Of a stretch of 64,000 bases of DNA, positions 57,745 through 64,000 are shown one piece after another. The notes below the pieces were generated by a model. That model did not search any database. It had not been told where the DNA came from and saw nothing but the letters and a program-made list of their open reading frames with translations. Position 1 is the stretch's first letter; each line of letters starts with the position of its first letter. The DNA comes from a virus (lineage: Duplodnaviria; Caudoviricetes), in IMG/VR virus record IMGVR_UViG_3300017991_000056, positions 32,001-96,000 of that record, one strand, 5' to 3'. The position numbers were made by a program, and so were the translations under genes.

Positions 57745-58649
57745 AAGGAAAGGGATACAATAGGCGCACGAGACACCTGGGGCTGCCGGTGTTGTGGTAC
57801 GGGGACAGGATCATCCCGGAGCAGGAGCTCAAGAAGTGGAACGTCGTCGAGAACATGCTGCTTGGCGGCATGGGCGGCGTGCGGTCGTGCGTCTTTGACG
57901 ACGGGAGCTACCGCCTGGAGCCGGAGCCGGGGGGTTCCTTCCGCGTGACCGTGTCGGCGACGGGGGCGTCCCCGGGGGCCGAGGGGGTCCACGACGGCGT
58001 CTACTTCAAGACCGAGATGGTTAGCTGGGAGGGCTTGAAGGCCGGCCATTCGTATCATCTCTACCTGACGCTGTCGGCCAGGACATACGAGGACTGCTCG
58101 GCCGTGAGGGCGGCGTCCCTGACCTATCCGAGGGATGGCGTCGGGCTTCTCATGGCCGTCGTAGACCTGACTTCGGAGCCGGGGTCCGTGAACGCGGACC
58201 CGGACGGCAAGCTGTACTCGTCGGACCTGTCGAGGCACGTGGGCGATTCCGAGAACCCGCACGGCAGGAAGCTGAGGCAGGACGAGGTGGTGGTCTCGAA
58301 GGTCCTGGAGCTGGGGCCAGAGTCGGTGGTGAGGATCGGCGAGGACGAGTTTCCCGCGTCCATGTTCCCGGCCGCGGTCGCGGAGGTCGGCGGCAGGAGG
58401 GTGGAGCGGGTGGACCTTGACAGCCCGGGGCCGTCGGGCACCGTGGTGAAGGTGAATGGCGCCCGCGAGGTATGGGCGGTCGTCTCGGTCCATGTGAGGG
58501 CGAGCCGCGGCCTGCCTTCCGGCGACGTCGGGGAGATCGGGATAGGCTATCACGGCGAGGACCCGGAGGCGGACGACAAGGACGAGTTCGTCGTCTACAA
58601 CGGGGGCGACCCCGGCCTGCCTCTCAGGGCCGTGGTGATTTGCGTCTGA
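57741..58649 (+). CDS. Putative baseplate/tail-fibre attachment protein
   Basis: Position; H...NPH fibre motif. Confidence 0.55.
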   Translation: MKGKGYNRRTRHLGLPVLWYGDRIIPEQELKKWNVVENMLLGGMGGVRSCVFDDGSYRLEPEPGGSFRVTVSATGASPGAEGVHDGVYFKTEMVSWEGLKAGHSYHLYLTLSARTYEDCSAVRAASLTYPRDGVGLLMAVVDLTSEPGSVNADPDGKLYSSDLSRHVGDSENPHGRKLRQDEVVVSKVLELGPESVVRIGEDEFPASMFPAAVAEVGGRRVERVDLDSPGPSGTVVKVNGAREVWAVVSVHVRASRGLPSGDVGEIGIGYHGEDPEADDKDEFVVYNGGDPGLPLRAVVICV

Positions 58650-58658
58650 GGAGACGGC

Positions 58659-60071
58659 ATGGCTGATTTCGTCAATGAGAGACCGGAGGAGTTCTTCCAT
58701 ATCTCGCGTAACGCCGAGCTGGTGGTCGCGCAGGATAGGGACGTTGTTGCCTTCATTCCGGAGATGAGCTACTTCGATGCGAGCTCCGGGATGAAGATAT
58801 ACCGGGACGGGTTGCAGACGAGCACGCTCTACGAGTCGTCGCCGCAGGAGACCATTGACAAGGCGCGACGCGTCCTGCTTTGGGGGCGCCTGGCAGGCAA
58901 CGAGCTCGTGAGCGGCATGAGGTGGGTGCCCTACACCGAGAACTTCTACCAGGCGACCACGGCCATCAAGCCGCTGATAGAGGTCTTCGCTCCGCGGGTG
59001 GTCTTCGACAGGACGTCCAACATGCTCCACCTGTGGTTCTGGACGAACGTGAAGGCGGCCTACACGGACGCCGACTACAGCGCGTCGGAGATCGTGCCGA
59101 TAGGCGACAAGTCGCACGACTTCCAGGACCTGGCCGAGGACCAGAGCGCGAAGAGGGTGTTGTGCTACACCACCGGCCGCTTCATCCGGGCGTACGTAGA
59201 AGGGGGGTTCCTGACGTATCCGACCCTTTCCGGCACGGGCTTCGCCGACAAGACCTTCGACCTGGTCCCGATCTTCACGCTGCCGAAGATTCTGAACGTG
59301 GCGATGGCGGGCGGCAACGGTCCCGGCATCGTCGTTGACGGGTGGTACGCCATCACGGGTCCGCAGGGTCCGCAGGGTCCGCAGGGGGTCGGGGGGGACG
59401 GCGGCTCCCAGGGTTCTCAGGGTTCCCAGGGTCTCCAGGGCTGGCAGGGCAATCAGGGCTGGCAGGGCAATCGGGGCTGGCAGGGCAATCAGGGCTGGCA
59501 GGGCAATCAGGGCGTCCAGGGCTGGCAGGGCAATCAGGGCAATCAGGGCTGGCAGGGCAACCAGGGCGTCCAGGGCGTTCAGGGCAATCAGGGCAATCAG
59601 GGCGTCCAGGGCGTCCAGGGCTGGCAGGGCTGGCAGGGAAACCAGGGCTGGCAGGGTCCGCAGGGTCCGCAGGGCCCATGTGGCGCCAAGGAGGCCATCG
59701 TCCCGACCGACGACGGCTACCGAGCGCTCTATTGCATGGAGTCGCCCGAGGTGCTCTTCTTCGACGTGATGGAGGTGCGTCTGGACGGCGCCACGACCAG
59801 GTTCGCGGCCGATCCGATGTTCGTGGGCGTCTGCGAGCCGGGCACGGTCAGGGTGTTGTCGGTCGTCGTCGACGCCGACTTGCCGGTCGGGGCCAGGAGG
59901 GAGGCGGATGGCGCCTTCACCCTCTTCGGGCAGTCGCTGGCCGCGTCCGTGGCGACGGTCACCCTCTGCGGGGTCCGGAAAGGCTGTGCAAACAGGCGGT
60001 TCGAGAAGCGGACCGAGGCGCAGCATGATAGCAACAACAGGTTCTGGGGGAGCGCCAAGGGAGGCGTATAG
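58659..60071 (+). CDS. Tail fibre with short G-X-Q collagen segment and C-terminal chaperone-like domain
   Basis: GWQGNQ repeats ~59356-59680; [13 protein letters not shown] motif. Confidence 0.75.
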   Translation: MADFVNERPEEFFHISRNAELVVAQDRDVVAFIPEMSYFDASSGMKIYRDGLQTSTLYESSPQETIDKARRVLLWGRLAGNELVSGMRWVPYTENFYQATTAIKPLIEVFAPRVVFDRTSNMLHLWFWTNVKAAYTDADYSASEIVPIGDKSHDFQDLAEDQSAKRVLCYTTGRFIRAYVEGGFLTYPTLSGTGFADKTFDLVPIFTLPKILNVAMAGGNGPGIVVDGWYAITGPQGPQGPQGVGGDGGSQGSQGSQGLQGWQGNQGWQGNRGWQGNQGWQGNQGVQGWQGNQGNQGWQGNQGVQGVQGNQGNQGVQGVQGWQGWQGNQGWQGPQGPQGPCGAKEAIVPTDDGYRALYCMESPEVLFFDVMEVRLDGATTRFAADPMFVGVCEPGTVRVLSVVVDADLPVGARREADGAFTLFGQSLAASVATVTLCGVRKGCANRRFEKRTEAQHDSNNRFWGSAKGGV

Positions 60072-60077
60072 TATGGC

Positions 60078-61748
60078 ATGGGCATATCGGTAGCCATCAT
60101 TGCGAAGAATGAGGAGGAGGTCATAGGGCGTTGCCTGGAGTGCGCCCTCCAGTTCTCCGACGAGGTGGTTCTCGTGGACACGGGCTCCACGGACAGAACG
60201 GTCGAGGTCGCGTCCGGCTTCGGGCCGGTGCGTGTCCAGTCGTCCGAGCTGTTCGACAAGGACACCGATATTTCCGACTTCGAGTTCGGGGTGGCCAAGA
60301 ACGAGGCCATCAGGAAGTGCACGGAGGACTGGGTCGTGTGGCTGGACGCCGACGACTTCGTGGACGAGGAGAACGCCAGGAGGATAAAGTCCCTGGGGGC
60401 CACTCCGGGGGACCGGCTGATGGAGTTCACGGTGGCCTACGGGAACCTCAGGTTCACTCACACCAGGATGCTGCCGAATGGGAAGGGGGTGCTCTTTGAC
60501 GAGACTCACGCCTGCCACGAGTTCCTGCTGACCAACGGGCTTCCGGTCGAGAGGGTGGACGTGACCGTTCAGCATCTCCCGGGCAAGAGGCACGTCCTGT
60601 CGCTGGTCCGCAACCTGGCGATCCTGGAGAAGGACTACAACGAGCGAGGAAGGCGCGACACGAGGACGGTATTTTATCTCGCAAACACCTACCGGGAGTG
60701 CGGTCGCCGGGAGGAGGCTGTGGCCAAGTACGACGAGTACCTGTTGAGGTCCGAGTGGCCGGAGGAGCGCTTTTTCGCCCGCTACTACAAGGCGCAGGCG
60801 CTCGACAGGCTGGATCGTCGCGCGGAGGCCAGGAAGGAGCTGTTTCTGGCGATGGCCGAGGACATGCGGTTCGCCGAGCCGCTGTGCATGCTCGGGGACA
60901 TGGCCATGGGCGACGGGGAGAGTGGCAGGGCGGAGCTCTGGTTCCGGATGGCCACGCTCACGCCGTTTCCCGTCGGGTCCCGGCTGTTCGTGGCGGAGGG
61001 GATGTACGGCGACTATCCCAGGAGGAGGCTTCGGGACGTGGAGAGGCTGAGGGTGAAGGAGGAGGTTCCGGAGAAGGCCGATGAGCCTGCTCCAAAGGCG
61101 CCAGATGCCCCGAGGAGGCGGAAGACCTACGCGCTTCCGCGGGACCGCTCCATGGCGTTTCTGGCCGTGGCGGCGCTGGCGTCGTGTTCGAGGGGTGACG
61201 ACTGTTCGGTTTTCGAGGTGGTGCCGGCGGACGCGTGGCAGGCCGAGCTGGTGAGGGCGGTTTCCGGGATTGGCGAGGGAGAGGGTGGCGCCAGGCCGCT
61301 GTCGGTGCCGGAGGATCGTCATGGAAGGCACGTGGTGGAGTGGTTCTGCCGGTCGGCCGGATACGTGGGGGTCCCGTGGGGTCCTCCGGAGATGGTCGCG
61401 GAGAAACAGCCCGGAGCAGGCGTCGTGGCGTTCTGCTTCGACGGGTGGGGCTCGGGCGAGTGGGACAGGCTCATAGAGTTGTCGGGGCGCAAGATCAACA
61501 TGGTTCGCAGCTGCGAGTCGGTCCGCGCCGCCGTGGAGCTCGTCTCCAGGGCCGACGAGGTCCTGTGCGGGTCCGGGTGGCTCCAGCATCTCGCGGCGGC
61601 CCTGGGGGTTCCCGCGACCGTGGTGTGGACCAACGGGGCTGTTCCGGCCGAGGAGGGGTGGGGGGCCGCGCAGATGGCCGTGGCTGGCGACACGTCCCCG
61701 GAGGCGGTGGCCGCGGTGTTGAACAGGAGGGCGCGAGATGCCGGTTGA
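60078..61748 (+). CDS. GT2 glycosyltransferase with TPR repeats and GT9-like C-terminus
   Basis: ISVAIIAKNEE, VDTGSTD, WLDADD; TPR FYLANTY; GSGWLQHLAAALGVP. Confidence 0.85.
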   Translation: MGISVAIIAKNEEEVIGRCLECALQFSDEVVLVDTGSTDRTVEVASGFGPVRVQSSELFDKDTDISDFEFGVAKNEAIRKCTEDWVVWLDADDFVDEENARRIKSLGATPGDRLMEFTVAYGNLRFTHTRMLPNGKGVLFDETHACHEFLLTNGLPVERVDVTVQHLPGKRHVLSLVRNLAILEKDYNERGRRDTRTVFYLANTYRECGRREEAVAKYDEYLLRSEWPEERFFARYYKAQALDRLDRRAEARKELFLAMAEDMRFAEPLCMLGDMAMGDGESGRAELWFRMATLTPFPVGSRLFVAEGMYGDYPRRRLRDVERLRVKEEVPEKADEPAPKAPDAPRRRKTYALPRDRSMAFLAVAALASCSRGDDCSVFEVVPADAWQAELVRAVSGIGEGEGGARPLSVPEDRHGRHVVEWFCRSAGYVGVPWGPPEMVAEKQPGAGVVAFCFDGWGSGEWDRLIELSGRKINMVRSCESVRAAVELVSRADEVLCGSGWLQHLAAALGVPATVVWTNGAVPAEEGWGAAQMAVAGDTSPEAVAAVLNRRARDAG

Positions 61749-62205
61749 AGTGTTTTACAAGGCAAGCGAGCTGCACCCGTGCGACCTGCTGGGGATACTG
61801 GTCGCAGAGACCAGATTGTGCGGGATCGTCAACAACTATCCCATGAGGAGAAGAGCAGTGCCGTACGTTAGCTTCGAACTCTATGCTGGCAGCAATCGGC
61901 GCCTTCGCGTCTTCATCAAGGACTCGGAGCTCAAGGTTGTCGACCTCACGGGCGCGACGTGCGTGTTCACGATGCGCCAAACCAAGAGCGACCCGGTGGT
62001 CGTGCAGAAGAGCACGGCGGTTGCCGGGGAGGGCCAGATCGGGGCTGCGGACGAGGGGGAGTGCTTCTTCTACCTGGTCCCGGCCGACACGGGCACCCTC
62101 GACATCTGCCAGTACGTCTATGACGTGAGCGTGACGCTGGCGAGCGGCGAGGTCTACTTGTCCACGGTCGAAGGCGTGATAAATCTCCTCCAGCCCGTCA
62201 CGTGA
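61738..62205 (+). CDS. BppU-N-like baseplate/virion Ig-fold protein (alternative start GTG 61858)
   Basis: VDLTGAT..F...L.PADT..L...Y.YDV motif. Confidence 0.65.
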   Translation: MPVEVFYKASELHPCDLLGILVAETRLCGIVNNYPMRRRAVPYVSFELYAGSNRRLRVFIKDSELKVVDLTGATCVFTMRQTKSDPVVVQKSTAVAGEGQIGAADEGECFFYLVPADTGTLDICQYVYDVSVTLASGEVYLSTVEGVINLLQPVT

Positions 62206-62254
62206 CCCGGACAAGGGCGTCCGGTCGCGTATAATGGATTAGAGGAGTACCGGC

Positions 62255-64000
62255 ATGCCTTGGGTCACGATAGATGAAGATGGCAGGATGGCCGTTCGTT
62301 GCGAGAAGGACGACAGCGCCGTCGTCAAGGACATCGGGGGGACCTGGGACAGCTTCAACAAGGTCTGGCAGGTCACCTTCACCATATCCAACCTCAACTA
62401 CCTCGTCGACGAGATGCCGGGGATAGTCGTCTCTCCGCAGGTCGAGAGCAGGATCAGGGGGCAGTCTGAGAAGGAGAGGAGGCTGAGGCAGCTCCGCCAC
62501 CTGTCCAGGGAGGACATCCCCGTGCGCCTCAGGGTGCCCGGCCTCAAGCTGCCGCTCCGAAACTACCAGAAGCTCGGCGTTCAGTTCTGCATGACCAACG
62601 GTGAAGGGGTTCTCGTCGCCGATGAAATGGGCCTTGGCAAGACGGTGCAGGCCATAGCGACGGCGCTTTTCCTGAAGGATTCCGAGGGGATCGAGAAGGC
62701 GCTGATCGTCACGCCGGCCTCCCTCAAGTACAACTGGCCGATCGAGCTGGAGAAGTTCTGCGACGAGCCGTATGTCGTGATAGACGGGACGCCCGAGCAG
62801 AGGATGGCCCAGTGGCTTCGCGACGACGCCTTCTTCTACGTGACGAACTTCGAGCTGGTGACCGAGGACCTCTTCGGTGGCCGGGAGAAGAAGACAAGGA
62901 AGGGGGAGACGGACGCCCAGAAGGCGAAGCGCCTGGAGTATGAGGCCAAGATGAGGAGGCGCATGCGGCTGCTGAGCGGTCCGAGGACTCGGAAGTGGGG
63001 CCTCGTAGCGGTCGACGAATGCCACGCCCTCAAGATCCATGCCTCCCGGAGGTCCCGGAACGTCAAGAGGCTGCGGGCCAAGTTCCGGATGGGGCTCACC
63101 GGCACGCCGCTCGACGGGCGCCTGGAGGAGCTTCACAGCGTCATGGGCTTCATCTGTCCCGGGCTGCTGGAGTCCAAGACCAGGTTCATGCAGAAGCACG
63201 CCATCTGCGATCCGTACGGCAAGGTCAAGGGGTACAAGCGCATTGCCGAGGTGCGTGAGAGGATCGGGCCCTATTTCATCCGGCGTCTGAAGAAGCATGT
63301 CCTGAAGGAGTTGCCGGACAAGATTTACCAGAACAGGGTGGTCGTCATGTCGGCGAGGGAGAAGAAGGTGTATGACGAGCTGGCCTCTCACGGGCATGAG
63401 GCCACTATGGACGCACAGGCCATGGTCGCGATTATCCGGTGCAAGCAGTGGTGTGACCATTCGGAGCTGATTGACCATGTTGCCATTTCCAAGGATTCTG
63501 CTGCCAAGCGCCTGATGCCGCGCGGGATCAGGTCGTCGAAGATGGAGGCCCTCAAGGAGGTGCTTCAGGAGGCGGTGGTCGAGAATGGCCACAAGGTCCT
63601 GGTTTTCACCCAGTACGCCAAGATGGCCGAATTGCTGCTGCCCGAGTTCGATCGGCTGGGCCTCAAGTATCTCTATCTGTGGGGAGAGACCCCGAAGAGG
63701 GAACGCGCGGCCATGCAGGAGAGATTCAACGAGGACAAGACGTTGGACCTGATGGTGGGGACGGAGGCGATGAGTGCCGGGCTCAACTTCACGGCTGCCG
63801 ACGTGGTCGTCAACTACGACGACAACTGGGCTCCGGCCATCATGCAGCAGAGGGCCGACAGGGCTCACAGGATAGGGCAGAGGAACGTGGTCACCGTGGT
63901 GAATTTTATATGCCAAGCGACGATTGAGGAGCGTATCAGGAAGGTGCTCTTCTCAAAGGGGAAGTTGTCGGCGCAGGCGCTCGGGGACGATGTCGACATG
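62255..64000 (+). CDS. SNF2-family helicase/ATPase, 3'-truncated by the window
   Basis: LRNYQ, ADEMGLGKT, VDECH, LTGTP, GLNF, QRADRAHRIGQ; GAGGAG RBS; TATAAT at 62230. Confidence 0.92.
   Translation, partial: MPWVTIDEDGRMAVRCEKDDSAVVKDIGGTWDSFNKVWQVTFTISNLNYLVDEMPGIVVSPQVESRIRGQSEKERRLRQLRHLSREDIPVRLRVPGLKLPLRNYQKLGVQFCMTNGEGVLVADEMGLGKTVQAIATALFLKDSEGIEKALIVTPASLKYNWPIELEKFCDEPYVVIDGTPEQRMAQWLRDDAFFYVTNFELVTEDLFGGREKKTRKGETDAQKAKRLEYEAKMRRRMRLLSGPRTRKWGLVAVDECHALKIHASRRSRNVKRLRAKFRMGLTGTPLDGRLEELHSVMGFICPGLLESKTRFMQKHAICDPYGKVKGYKRIAEVRERIGPYFIRRLKKHVLKELPDKIYQNRVVVMSAREKKVYDELASHGHEATMDAQAMVAIIRCKQWCDHSELIDHVAISKDSAAKRLMPRGIRSSKMEALKEVLQEAVVENGHKVLVFTQYAKMAELLLPEFDRLGLKYLYLWGETPKRERAAMQERFNEDKTLDLMVGTEAMSAGLNFTAADVVVNYDDNWAPAIMQQRADRAHRIGQRNVVTVVNFICQATIEERIRKVLFSKGKLSAQALGDDVDM

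Noticed and set aside
57597-63916. 1330-aa and 572-aa minus-strand ORFs
   Set aside because: Antisense shadows of well-supported + strand genes

Overview
A 64 kb segment of a large, GC-rich tailed dsDNA bacteriophage (or prophage), with essentially all genes on the + strand. In order it encodes: a collagen-like fibre and virion module; an intein-interrupted prohead protease, scaffold-like proteins, a decoration protein and the major capsid protein; an AAA+ ATPase; a stable-RNA cluster (boxA-type leader, a candidate ~600-nt structured ncRNA, tmRNA, tRNA-Arg(CCU)); a methyltransferase/glycosyltransferase fusion; a lysis-like cassette containing two CheY-like receiver proteins; a long run of small unrelated proteins; neck genes; three tail-tube-like paralogues (one split by a group I intron whose LAGLIDADG endonuclease lies outside it); three chaperone-like paralogues; tape measure, baseplate, a second collagen fibre, a glycosyltransferase and a SNF2 helicase running off the right end. 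The most striking unexplained pattern is a ~14-aa amphipathic-helix tag (consensus [IVAL]A[RS]EL[VLT]x[LM]ARE[ILV][VA][AG]) shared by at least 12 otherwise unrelated proteins, with related helices in scaffold-region proteins. Several tagged modules appear to have been inserted with flanking direct repeats, two of them together with a homing endonuclease. This suggests a modular capsid-cargo addressing system. All product calls come from motif recognition and gene order by eye; no database searches were run.
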